Of a stretch of DNA of 64,000 nt, positions 53,810 through 63,075 are shown in pieces. Source of the stretch: Bacteroidota bacterium. GTDB taxonomy: Bacteria; Bacteroidota; Bacteroidia; Flavobacteriales_D; JABDKJ01. How positions within the stretch are numbered: position 1 is the stretch's first letter; every line of letters starts with the position of its first letter. The notes below the pieces were generated by a model. That model searched no databases and had not been told where the DNA came from. It was given only the letters and a program-made list of their open reading frames with translations. The DNA is taken from positions 33,090 to 97,089 of the forward strand of contig JBCCIF010000001.1 in NCBI GenBank assembly GCA_039028335.1, given 5' to 3'. A program made the translations under genes and the position numbers.

Positions 53810-56197
53810 ATGTGGGATTGGGTCGCAGGTAAAATACTTCGTAACCGTATAGGAATATTGGTTGTTCTTGCAGCTGTCACAACATTCATGGCTTTGCAGA
53901 TTCCCAATATTCAAATGAGCTATAAATTTGACACGCTCTTACCGAGCAATGATCCCGATCAAATATTCTATGAAAAATTTAAGAATGACTTTTCTGAAGA
54001 TGGAAATGTCATCGTGGTAGGGACCAAGGGCGAGCAACTTTGGGAGTATAAGAATTTTGCAGCGTGGTACGATTTGGCCAATGAATTTATGGAGATAGAT
54101 GGCATTGACTCAGTGTTCTCTGTCACCCATCTTTACGATATTCATAAAAACGAAGACAAAAAAGTATTTGAATTCAAGCCGCTGATCGAACGGAGACCAG
54201 CCAATCAATATGAGGTCGATTCTATTCGTTCAAAAATCGAATCGCTGCCTTTTTATCAGAACCTACTTTATAAGGATTCTACATATGCCACTTTGATGAT
54301 GGTCTTTGTGGATGTCAATAAATTTAATTCAGAAGAACGTATAAAAGTTGTCAATGATTTTTTAGAGGAGGCAAACTCTTTTAATAAGAATCATATGCAG
54401 ATTCATTATTCTGGATTGCCCTATATCCGGACAGTTACAACGCGAATGGTTAAAGAAGAACTCAATTTCTTTTTGATTCTTGCCGCGCTGGTAACGGGAT
54501 TTATCCTTTATTTCTTTTTTCGCTCACTTCGTGTGGTTTTCTTTTGTCTATTAGTAGTGGGATGTGGGGTTGCAACAGCCATGGGCACCTTAGCACTTTT
54601 TCAGTTTAAGTTGACTATGTTAATGGGCCTAATCCCACCATTGATCATTGTCATTGGTGTTCCCAATTGTATCTTTTTATTAAATAAATACCATCAAGAG
54701 TACGTCTTACATGGTAATCGAATGAAGGCGTTGCAAAGAGTGATTGTGAAAATCGGAAATGCTACGTTCATGACCAATTGCACTACGGCATTGGGATTCT
54801 TTACCTTCATATTTACCAAGAGTAACCTATTACGGGAATTTGGTGTTATCGCTTCTATCAATATCATCTGGGTCTTCGTATTGGCCCTTTGTATTATACC
54901 CATCATATTTTCTTACTTACCAAAACCGAAGGAAAGACATACGAAACATCTTGAAAAAAAATGGGTAGAACGAGTGATTGGTTGGCTTTTGTCATGGGTA
55001 AGTAATTACCGCAAAAGTATCTATATCATTACAGCGGTCATTTTAATTGCTGGGGCTTACGGGATTAGCCAAATTCAGGCCACCGGGAATATTGTTGGAG
55101 ATTTGCCTCAAGATCAACAAGTAGTTCAAGATCTGAAGTTCTTCGAAGAAAATTTTAATGGTGTAATGCCTTTTGAAGTGTTGATCGATACAAAAAAGAA
55201 GGGCCTAGCAACCAAGGATAAAACCTTGAGAAGAATTGAGCGTTTGCAGAATGTGCTGGCAGAACATCCAGAACTCAGCCGATCACTGTCTATTGTAGAT
55301 GCAGTTAAGTTTGCCAAGCAGTCTTTCTATAATGGAGCTCCCTCAAGATATTCTTTGATTAAGGGACAAGAGAAGAGTTTTATCGCTCCTTATCTGGAGT
55401 TGAATAACAATGGCAAAGGTGTAGCCGATCTCTTTTTGGATTCTTCCAAACAGATAACCAGAGTAAGTGCTCAGGTTGCTGACATCGGTACGCTCGAAAT
55501 GAAAAAGCTCATTGAGGACGAGATTAAACCGCAGATTGATGAAATATTCCCTGCGGATAAATACGAAGTGAATTTAACGGGGACTTCTGTACTTTACTTA
55601 AAGGGAACACGGTATTTGGTTGTAAACCTTTTTATTTCATTGATGATTGCAATCATTGTAATTGCCTGCTTGATGGCTTTCCTTTTCCGTTCATTACCTA
55701 TGGCCTTGATATCCCTGGTTCCAAATTTGATTCCTCTCATATTCACAGCTGCAGTGATGGGTTATTTTGGAATCCCGATAAAGCCTTCAACGATTTTGGT
55801 CTTTTCTATAGTATTCGGAATATCGATAGATGATACCATACATTATTTGGCCAAATACCGTCAAGAGTTAAAATCGAATCCATGGAACTTGCAGCAAGCT
55901 ATTTTGAATGCAGTTGAAGAGACGGGAGTTTCCATGATCTATACATCGGTAATACTCTTTTTTGGTTTTGGAATGTTTGCACTTTCTGATTTTGGTGGAA
56001 CACAGGCATTGGGCATCTTATCATCCGTTACACTATTGGTGGCGATGCTTGCCAACCTCGTATTGTTGCCTTCTTTGCTTATGTCCTGGAAGAAATTAAT
56101 CGACTACCGTTCTTTGAAAGAACCCTTGATTCAGATTTTAGATGAAGAAGAGGATATAGATCTCGATAATTTAAAGATTGATAAAGGAGAGAAATAA
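53810..56197 (+). CDS. RND-superfamily / MMPL-type exporter (two 6-TM sterol-sensing-like bundles)
   Basis: 795-aa ORF with two TM bundles, each preceded by a large soluble loop. This is the COG1033-like predicted-exporter architecture. Confidence 0.8.
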   Translation: MWDWVAGKILRNRIGILVVLAAVTTFMALQIPNIQMSYKFDTLLPSNDPDQIFYEKFKNDFSEDGNVIVVGTKGEQLWEYKNFAAWYDLANEFMEIDGIDSVFSVTHLYDIHKNEDKKVFEFKPLIERRPANQYEVDSIRSKIESLPFYQNLLYKDSTYATLMMVFVDVNKFNSEERIKVVNDFLEEANSFNKNHMQIHYSGLPYIRTVTTRMVKEELNFFLILAALVTGFILYFFFRSLRVVFFCLLVVGCGVATAMGTLALFQFKLTMLMGLIPPLIIVIGVPNCIFLLNKYHQEYVLHGNRMKALQRVIVKIGNATFMTNCTTALGFFTFIFTKSNLLREFGVIASINIIWVFVLALCIIPIIFSYLPKPKERHTKHLEKKWVERVIGWLLSWVSNYRKSIYIITAVILIAGAYGISQIQATGNIVGDLPQDQQVVQDLKFFEENFNGVMPFEVLIDTKKKGLATKDKTLRRIERLQNVLAEHPELSRSLSIVDAVKFAKQSFYNGAPSRYSLIKGQEKSFIAPYLELNNNGKGVADLFLDSSKQITRVSAQVADIGTLEMKKLIEDEIKPQIDEIFPADKYEVNLTGTSVLYLKGTRYLVVNLFISLMIAIIVIACLMAFLFRSLPMALISLVPNLIPLIFTAAVMGYFGIPIKPSTILVFSIVFGISIDDTIHYLAKYRQELKSNPWNLQQAILNAVEETGVSMIYTSVILFFGFGMFALSDFGGTQALGILSSVTLLVAMLANLVLLPSLLMSWKKLIDYRSLKEPLIQILDEEEDIDLDNLKIDKGEK

Positions 56198-56219
56198 TTG
56201 AGAATATGAATAGTTTCGT

Positions 56220-57086
56220 ATGGCCATGAAAGGAATCATATTAGCAGGAGGAACAGGATCTCGTTTGCACCCGCTTACTTTAGCCGTGAGTAAACAGATG
56301 ATGCCAGTTTATGATAAACCAATGGTTTATTATCCGCTCTCAACTTTGATGTCCGCAGGTATCAGGGAAATACTGATAATATCTACCCCTCATGATCTTC
56401 CTCATTTTAAAAAGTTATTGGGCGATGGTTCTCGAATAGGATGTGAATTTCACTACGCGGAACAAGCCCAGCCGAATGGTTTGGCTCAGGCATTTACAAT
56501 AGGAGAAGATTTTATTGGGGGTGAAAAATGCGCACTCATTTTGGGAGATAATATTTTTTATGGATCGGGTTTGGAGAAGACTCTAGCGGCTAGTAGAGAT
56601 CCTGATGGTGGAATAGTTTTTGCTCACCATGTCTCTGATCCTGAACGCTATGGAGTCGTTGAATTTGATGCGAACAACATAGCGGTGAGCATTGAAGAAA
56701 AGCCCGAAAACCCCAAATCGAATTTTGCCGTTCCTGGGCTTTATTTTTACGATAATGAAGTCGTAGAGATTGCCAAAAACTTAAAACCAAGTGCGCGAGG
56801 TGAATTGGAAATTACCGATGTCAACAAAAGCTATCTTGAACGTGAAAAATTGAAAGTAGCGATTTTGGACCGCGGAACAGCATGGCTGGATACAGGAACT
56901 TTTACTTCTCTTATGCAAGCTGGTCAATATGTCCAAGTAATAGAAGAACGACAAGGACTAAAAATTGGTTGTATTGAAGAGGTTGCATTCAAAAAAGGAT
57001 TCATAAATAAAGATCAATTAATAAAAATTGCAGAACCATTAGTCAAGAGTGGTTATGGGAACTATCTATTAAATTTATTGAATTAA
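56220..57086 (+). CDS. rfbA: glucose-1-phosphate thymidylyltransferase
   Basis: 288-aa ORF with [17 protein letters not shown]. RmlA family throughout. Confidence 0.93.
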   Translation: MAMKGIILAGGTGSRLHPLTLAVSKQMMPVYDKPMVYYPLSTLMSAGIREILIISTPHDLPHFKKLLGDGSRIGCEFHYAEQAQPNGLAQAFTIGEDFIGGEKCALILGDNIFYGSGLEKTLAASRDPDGGIVFAHHVSDPERYGVVEFDANNIAVSIEEKPENPKSNFAVPGLYFYDNEVVEIAKNLKPSARGELEITDVNKSYLEREKLKVAILDRGTAWLDTGTFTSLMQAGQYVQVIEERQGLKIGCIEEVAFKKGFINKDQLIKIAEPLVKSGYGNYLLNLLN

Positions 57087-58052
57087 ATGCAGGAGACAGA
57101 TCACTACCGAAAAGGTATAGAAAGTGCGATTGAGCGTCTGAAAGAAACCCATTCCGGAACAATTTACAATCCGGCACATTATATTTTATCTCTACCAGCA
57201 AAGCGATTGAGACCGATACTAACCCTTATCGCAAGTGACATGTTTGATGGAGAGTTGAAAGGGACTGAAAATGCCGCACTTGCGGTAGAAATATTTCATA
57301 ATTTTTCTTTGGTACACGATGATGTTATGGATGAAGCGCCTTTGAGAAGAGGGGAGCAGACAGTTCATAAAAAGTGGAATTTGAACACAGCCATCCTTTC
57401 AGGAGATATGATGTTAGTGATGGCCTATGATCAAATCATGAAGACTCCTGAGATTTCAAGACTTAGAGCCTTCAATATTTTTTCAAAGACTGCCGCAGAT
57501 GTTTGTATTGGGCAGCAAATGGATATGGAATTTGAACAGCGTTGGGACGTTTCCCTAGAAGAATATGTTGAAATGATCAAATTAAAAACATCGGTTCTTT
57601 TAGCTTCATCATTGCAGTTGGGCGCGCTTTGTGCTGGAGCCAATGAGTACTCGACCGAGAGATTGCACGAATTTGGTCTTGAAATAGGCTGGGCTTTTCA
57701 AATTCAGGATGATTATCTTGATTTATTTGGTAATACAGAATCGCTAGGAAAACAAAAGGGAGGGGATATTTATGCCAAGAAAAAAACCATTCTTTTACTG
57801 AAAGCCCTCGAATTAGGCAATAATGCTCAAAAAGATCGAATTGCCCAGATATTTAAAGGTGAGGTAACTTCGGAGACAATCAATGAATTGGAGAATATGA
57901 TGCGCTCACTAAAAGTTCCTGAGGCAATCAGTGAATTGAAGAATGAGCACATGACAAAGGCAAAATCTGCGCTAGATGATGCTGGAGGAAATAAATCAAT
58001 TCGAGAATTGCTTTGGCGCTTGTCCTTGACACTCATCGATCGGGAGTTTTAG
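57087..58052 (+). CDS. polyprenyl diphosphate synthase (trans-isoprenyl, GGPP/longer-chain type)
   Basis: 321-aa ORF with the DDxxD motifs LVHDDVMD and IQDDYLD. The ATG follows the rfbA stop codon directly. Confidence 0.88.
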   Translation: MQETDHYRKGIESAIERLKETHSGTIYNPAHYILSLPAKRLRPILTLIASDMFDGELKGTENAALAVEIFHNFSLVHDDVMDEAPLRRGEQTVHKKWNLNTAILSGDMMLVMAYDQIMKTPEISRLRAFNIFSKTAADVCIGQQMDMEFEQRWDVSLEEYVEMIKLKTSVLLASSLQLGALCAGANEYSTERLHEFGLEIGWAFQIQDDYLDLFGNTESLGKQKGGDIYAKKKTILLLKALELGNNAQKDRIAQIFKGEVTSETINELENMMRSLKVPEAISELKNEHMTKAKSALDDAGGNKSIRELLWRLSLTLIDREF

Positions 58053-58612
58053 GAATGACGCAAGACATTTTTAATTTGTTGAAAGTGCCTTTCATTATGG
58101 CACAGAATAAACTCACAGGCTTCCATCACATTGAAACGAACAATAGGCCCGATAGCAGAATTGAATTTATAGCTTAAATCTGCCTTTTCAGAAGCGCTGC
58201 ACCAATCGTTTAATTCCCTGAGTGAAGAATCCATTTTATCAATATAATTTAATCCGTCTCCATTTTCTAAATCAACATTTGAAACATGAGGCCGGAAGAT
58301 TTTGCTCGTTTTCATTTTTAAGCGGATTTTATCTTTTTGCGGAGGGAAACGTTTAATGAGGAAGGCAGGAATGCCTTTTGATTTAGTCTTTTTTTGCAGG
58401 CTATCATATTCTCTATTCAGTGCCTTGTTGATTTTAGGACGGTAAACCTCTTGAGCAATTATCATATGATCGATTATTTCTATGACCGACCATGATTTAG
58501 AGTTTGTTTTCTTTTGAAGGTCCTCCCATGTACATTTGCGTAAATTCATTAACGCATTCTGCAGTTTTTTGATTCTTCTAAATTGACGCTCTGTGCTTAT
58601 CTCGATTGCCAT
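58049..58612 (-). CDS. DinB-like (DinB_2/YfiT-fold) four-helix-bundle protein
   Basis: 187-aa ORF. His residues in IIDHMIIAQE and ILCHNERHFQQI are spaced as in DinB-family metal triads. The call is tentative. Confidence 0.6.
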   Translation of the reverse strand: MAIEISTERQFRRIKKLQNALMNLRKCTWEDLQKKTNSKSWSVIEIIDHMIIAQEVYRPKINKALNREYDSLQKKTKSKGIPAFLIKRFPPQKDKIRLKMKTSKIFRPHVSNVDLENGDGLNYIDKMDSSLRELNDWCSASEKADLSYKFNSAIGPIVRFNVMEACEFILCHNERHFQQIKNVLRHS

Positions 58613-58653
58613 GTAATGTTCATTTTGACAAATTTCTCGAAGAGTGAGTAAAC

Positions 58654-58677
58654 ATTTCTTGATCTAGATCAAGAAAT
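58654..58677. promoter_or_regulatory. perfect 24-bp palindrome ATTTCTTGATCT|AGATCAAGAAAT containing a consensus FNR/CRP-type box TTGAT-CTAG-ATCAA (58659-58672)
   Basis: Read directly. It begins at the last base of the Crp/Fnr-family stop codon. Its centre is about 53 bp upstream of the DinB-like ATG. Confidence 0.6.
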
Positions 58678-59240
58678 CACTTTCTAAGCCGGCTATACGT
58701 TTCAGGTGTCATATTCAAATACGAGGCAAGATATTTTTGTGGAATATTAAGCAAAGGCTGAGGACAACGAGACATGAATTTGTCAAATCGTTCTTTTGCG
58801 TTAAGACTAAATAACTCTACTTCTCTTTCAACTCTTCCAATTAAGAGTTCTTGATGTGCAATCCTACCCCAATAGTTGAACTCAGGATATAGGTCAAATA
58901 AAGAATCGTAGTCTTTTCTGCTGATTTTCAAAGCGCTTGTTTTTTTTATGGCCTGTAAATAGTACTTAGATCCTGATCCTTTTAGAAAGCTATCGTATAC
59001 TCCAGAAAATGACCCGTCATATGAAAACCCGAGGACCTTTTGATCACCGTTTTTTGCAATAAGATAGATGATTTGAACGCCTTCCTCAACAACATAAAAC
59101 CAGCGCTCAATGTCTCCTTGACGTGTTAGAAAATCGCCTTTTCGGAAATGAGTGGCTTGCCATAATTCAAAAAATTTATCGTGTCGAATAGGGTCTAGTT
59201 GGAGTGGACGAAAAGCTTTAATGAGTAGGTCTGTATTCAC
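58677..59240 (-). CDS. Crp/Fnr family transcriptional regulator (cNMP-binding domain + C-terminal HTH)
   Basis: 187-aa ORF with a GTG start. Beta-roll region FRKGDFLTRQGDIERWFYVVEEG and C-terminal QKYLASYLNMTPETYSRLRK (HTH). Confidence 0.8.
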   Translation of the reverse strand: MNTDLLIKAFRPLQLDPIRHDKFFELWQATHFRKGDFLTRQGDIERWFYVVEEGVQIIYLIAKNGDQKVLGFSYDGSFSGVYDSFLKGSGSKYYLQAIKKTSALKISRKDYDSLFDLYPEFNYWGRIAHQELLIGRVEREVELFSLNAKERFDKFMSRCPQPLLNIPQKYLASYLNMTPETYSRLRK

Positions 59241-59263
59241 ATCAATTGATCAAAGTCTTGAAT

Positions 59264-60163
59264 TTAAGCATACAAATGGTCCAAGGCTTTTTTCAGGGTC
59301 GAAAATTCAAATTCAAATCCACTATCCACAATTTTTTGAGAAGATACACGACTTCCTTCAAGAACCAAATTAGCTTTTTCACCCAAAATTACTTTCAAAA
59401 CCTTACCGGGAATAGCAGGGAATAAAAAAGGAGCTTTAAATGCATTGGCCACAGCTTTAGTGAATTGCCTGTTGTTCACGTGTTCGGGAGCTACAGCATT
59501 GAATGTGCCTTCCATTTTATTTTGAATAATGTGATTGAAGAGGCTAGCGAGGTCTTTTTTATGTATCCAAGGCATCCATTGTTTTCCCGAGCCTAGAGAT
59601 GCGCCCATTCCAAATTGAGTCGGTAATGAGATTGCATGTAAGGCTCCTTGATCTTTATCCAGGACCAAACCGATTCTGACTTTTGCAACACGAGCCATGG
59701 AAGAAAAAGCATCTGCCGAGGTCTCCCATTTTTTACACAAATCCGCTACAAAATCATTGCCAGCAGGTGAAGTTTCACTGTATATCTCGTCAGTTGTTTT
59801 CATTCCGTAATAGCCAATAGCCGATGCAGAGATGAAAAAGTCAATTTTACTTTGGCTTTCTTTTAGTTTTTCAAAAAGCAGTTGAGCAGAATTTACTCGG
59901 CTTTTCGTCAATAACTCCTTTCCTTCTTCATTATGCCTGACATCCGCTATTCCAGCGCCAGCCAAATGAATAATACCATCTAGATTGTCGAAGCTACCTT
60001 CCTCTATCCATTTTTTATTGGTGTCCCATAAGCGTACACGAACATGTCCACGAGAGTTTTTGCTGCGCGATAAGTGCTCAACTTCATATCCATGTTGCAG
60101 AAGAAGCTCTGTTAATGCGCTTCCGACCAAACCAGACCCACCGGTGATAAGTATTTTACCCAT
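59264..60163 (-). CDS. NAD-dependent epimerase/SDR with DUF1731 C-terminus (TIGR01777/YfcH-like)
   Basis: 299-aa ORF with the Rossmann motif ILITGGSGLVGSAL and a C-terminal region typical of the YfcH family. Confidence 0.85.
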   Translation of the reverse strand: MGKILITGGSGLVGSALTELLLQHGYEVEHLSRSKNSRGHVRVRLWDTNKKWIEEGSFDNLDGIIHLAGAGIADVRHNEEGKELLTKSRVNSAQLLFEKLKESQSKIDFFISASAIGYYGMKTTDEIYSETSPAGNDFVADLCKKWETSADAFSSMARVAKVRIGLVLDKDQGALHAISLPTQFGMGASLGSGKQWMPWIHKKDLASLFNHIIQNKMEGTFNAVAPEHVNNRQFTKAVANAFKAPFLFPAIPGKVLKVILGEKANLVLEGSRVSSQKIVDSGFEFEFSTLKKALDHLYA

Positions 60164-60270
60164 GAAAGCTTAACAAATGAAGTTTTCGAAAGTTCTTTTT
60201 CATTCTATTTTCTTATCGAAAGGATGTGTAAAGCAAAAACAATAATTGTTGTTCATCCCTTATTAATGTA

Positions 60271-60278
60271 TAAATTTG
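60271..60278 (+). promoter_or_regulatory. -7 promoter element TAAATTTG upstream of sucA, followed by a 6-bp hairpin ACGGAT-GCATA-ATCCGT (60286-60302)
   Basis: Matches TAnnTTTG, 52 nt upstream of the ATG. The hairpin would sit at the very 5' end of the predicted transcript. Confidence 0.4.
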
Positions 60279-60330
60279 TCAACTAACGGATGCATAATCC
60301 GTAAGAAACACCCATTAAAAAGGGCTATAA

Positions 60331-63060
60331 ATGGATAAATATTCATACCTGAGCAATACGAATATTGCTTTTATTGAAGAGGAGTACAAAAAGTACCAGA
60401 ACGACCCCTCCTCTGTGGACAGCGGTTGGGCAAGATTTTTCGAGGGATTTGAATTTGCCAAAAAGGATTATTCTTCTTCCGAAGGGGACATCCCCCAAAA
60501 CATGCATAAAGAATTTAAAGTGATTCAGCTGATTAATGCATATCGTGTGCGTGGTCATCTCTTCACCAGAACAAATCCTGTCCGGGATAGAAGAAAGTAT
60601 TCACCTTCATTAGATATAGAGAATTTTGGCTTAGACAATACCGACTTAGAAACTATTTTTCAGGCGGGAACAGATTGTGGAATTGGCCCAGCCAAATTGA
60701 AAGATATTGTCGAGCATCTTGAAATTTGTTATTGCCAATCTATTGGGGTTGAATTTATGTATATCCGAAAGCCTGAGAAAATTGATTGGCTGAAAAAGAG
60801 AATGCATCATAATGCAAATCTGCCCGATTTTAATCCCTCTCAGAAGAAAGAAATTCTCAACAACTTGATTAAAGCTGTTGGATTTGAACAGTTTTTGCAT
60901 TCGAGATTTCCAGGTCAAAAGAGATTCTCTTTGGAAGGCTCAGAGTCCTTAATTCCTGCTTTAGATGCGCTGATAATCAAATGCGCAGAAGAAGGAACAG
61001 AAGAAATAGTAATGGGCATGGCCCATAGAGGCCGTTTGAATGTTTTAGCGAATATTTTTCAAAAATCCTATAAAGAAATTTTCTCGGAATTTGAACCAAA
61101 GGATTATGCCGATGCTTCCTTGGATGGTGACGTAAAATACCATTTAGGTTTTACACATGAACGCAAGGTTGGCAAGAAAAAAGTGAGTCTTACTTTAAGT
61201 CCAAATCCATCACATTTGGAGGCTGCTGACCCAATAGTTCAAGGTCTCGCGCGGGCTAAAATTGACCAAGAATTTCAAGGAGATGATTTGAAAGTAATGC
61301 CCGTTTTAATTCATGGTGACGCGGCTATAGCAGGACAAGGTGTTGTCTATGAAGTCACTCAAATGGCGGATTTGCCAGGGTACAGGACTGGTGGAACTAT
61401 TCATATAGTAATAAACAATCAGGTTGGGTTTACTACCAATTATTCTGATGGAAGATCAAGCACCTACTGCACAGATGTTGGAAAAGTAACCCTTTCTCCA
61501 GTATTTCATGTTAATGGAGATGACCCGGAAGCTTTGGTGCATGTGATGAATATTGCGGTTGAATTTAGAAATCGATATAAGAAAGATGTTTTTATCGATC
61601 TCTTGTCTTACAGAAAGTACGGTCATAACGAAGGAGACGAACCGAAGTTCACGCAACCAACTTTATATAAAGCAATTGCGAAACATCCCAATCCAAGGGA
61701 TATCTACATTTCACAACTTATTCAAGAGGGGAGCATGAGCGATGAGGATGCGAAAGGTTTGCAAGAAGCATTCAAAGGTTTATTGGCCGAAGATTTTGAT
61801 AAGAGCAAGAAAATTAAGGACGCAGATATAACAGCCTTTTTAGCCAAACAATGGAAAGGTGTGAAAGTGGCAAAGGCAAAAGACTTCAATAATTCACCAG
61901 CTACTGGAGTCAATCTAAGAAAACTCAAATCTTTGGCTGGGAAATTGACGGAAGTCCCTAAGGATAAAAAGTTCTTTCGCAAATTAGAACGGATTCTGAA
62001 GGATCGATCTGAAATGGTCAAGAATAACAAATTGGATTGGGGAATGGCTGAACTTCTGGCTTATGCATCCATTCTCGATGAAAATAATAATATTCGCTTT
62101 TCAGGGCAAGATTGTGAACGCGGAACATTTTCCCATAGACATGCGGTAGTCAAAATTGAAGACAGCGAAGAAAAATATGTGCATCTGCAAAACCTGAGTA
62201 AGGACCAAGGGGAGTTTTACATCTATAACTCGCTCCTTTCAGAGTATGGTGTAATGGGATTTGAATATGGCTATTCTCTGTACACCCCCCACACATTGAC
62301 TATTTGGGAAGCTCAATTTGGTGATTTTGTAAATGGAGCTCAAATCATCATCGACCAGTTCTTAACTTCTGCAGAAGACAAATGGCGAAGCATGAGCGGA
62401 TTGGTGTTACTTCTTCCTCACGGATATGAGGGCATGGGGCCTGAGCATTCAAGTGCTCGAATCGAACGTTTTTTGACACAATGTGCGGAATACAATATTC
62501 AAGTAGCCAATTGCACAACTCCAGCAAATTTTTTCCATGTGCTGAGAAGGCAGTTGACGAGAGACTTCAGAAAACCTCTAGTAATTTTTACTCCTAAGTC
62601 CTTGTTAAGACATCCTAAGTGTACGTGTACAATGTCGGATTTATCAAAAGGGAAGTTTCAAGAAGTAATCGATGATCCATTGGCTAAAGCAAATGATGTA
62701 AGCAGGGTGATTTTATGTTCAGGAAAGATTTACTATGAACTGCTCGCAAAGCAAGAGGAGGAAAAAGCCAAAGACATTGCTGTGGTTAGAGTTGAACAAT
62801 TGTATCCCTTGCCTCAGAATCAATTAGATACTATCGTTGCTAAATATAAGAATGCAGATGATTTTGTTTGGGTTCAAGAAGAACCAAGGAATATGGGTCC
62901 TGCTGCATACATGACGATGAACGTAGATGTTCCGAATTTTAGGGTGATTTCACGACAAGCAAGCGCCAGCCCAGCTTCAGGATCACCTAAGAGATCGGAA
63001 AACAGACAAAATGAAATTATTAATGCTGCATTTTCCAAAGTGGGAAAAGTTGTGGCCTAA
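60331..63060 (+). CDS. sucA: 2-oxoglutarate dehydrogenase E1 component
   Basis: 909-aa ORF with the typical N-terminus YLSNTNIAFIEEEYKKY, the ThDP-binding region GDAAIAGQGVV and C-terminal transketolase-like domains. Confidence 0.95.
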   Translation: MDKYSYLSNTNIAFIEEEYKKYQNDPSSVDSGWARFFEGFEFAKKDYSSSEGDIPQNMHKEFKVIQLINAYRVRGHLFTRTNPVRDRRKYSPSLDIENFGLDNTDLETIFQAGTDCGIGPAKLKDIVEHLEICYCQSIGVEFMYIRKPEKIDWLKKRMHHNANLPDFNPSQKKEILNNLIKAVGFEQFLHSRFPGQKRFSLEGSESLIPALDALIIKCAEEGTEEIVMGMAHRGRLNVLANIFQKSYKEIFSEFEPKDYADASLDGDVKYHLGFTHERKVGKKKVSLTLSPNPSHLEAADPIVQGLARAKIDQEFQGDDLKVMPVLIHGDAAIAGQGVVYEVTQMADLPGYRTGGTIHIVINNQVGFTTNYSDGRSSTYCTDVGKVTLSPVFHVNGDDPEALVHVMNIAVEFRNRYKKDVFIDLLSYRKYGHNEGDEPKFTQPTLYKAIAKHPNPRDIYISQLIQEGSMSDEDAKGLQEAFKGLLAEDFDKSKKIKDADITAFLAKQWKGVKVAKAKDFNNSPATGVNLRKLKSLAGKLTEVPKDKKFFRKLERILKDRSEMVKNNKLDWGMAELLAYASILDENNNIRFSGQDCERGTFSHRHAVVKIEDSEEKYVHLQNLSKDQGEFYIYNSLLSEYGVMGFEYGYSLYTPHTLTIWEAQFGDFVNGAQIIIDQFLTSAEDKWRSMSGLVLLLPHGYEGMGPEHSSARIERFLTQCAEYNIQVANCTTPANFFHVLRRQLTRDFRKPLVIFTPKSLLRHPKCTCTMSDLSKGKFQEVIDDPLAKANDVSRVILCSGKIYYELLAKQEEEKAKDIAVVRVEQLYPLPQNQLDTIVAKYKNADDFVWVQEEPRNMGPAAYMTMNVDVPNFRVISRQASASPASGSPKRSENRQNEIINAAFSKVGKVVA

Positions 63061-63075
63061 TTACAAAAGAGAATT

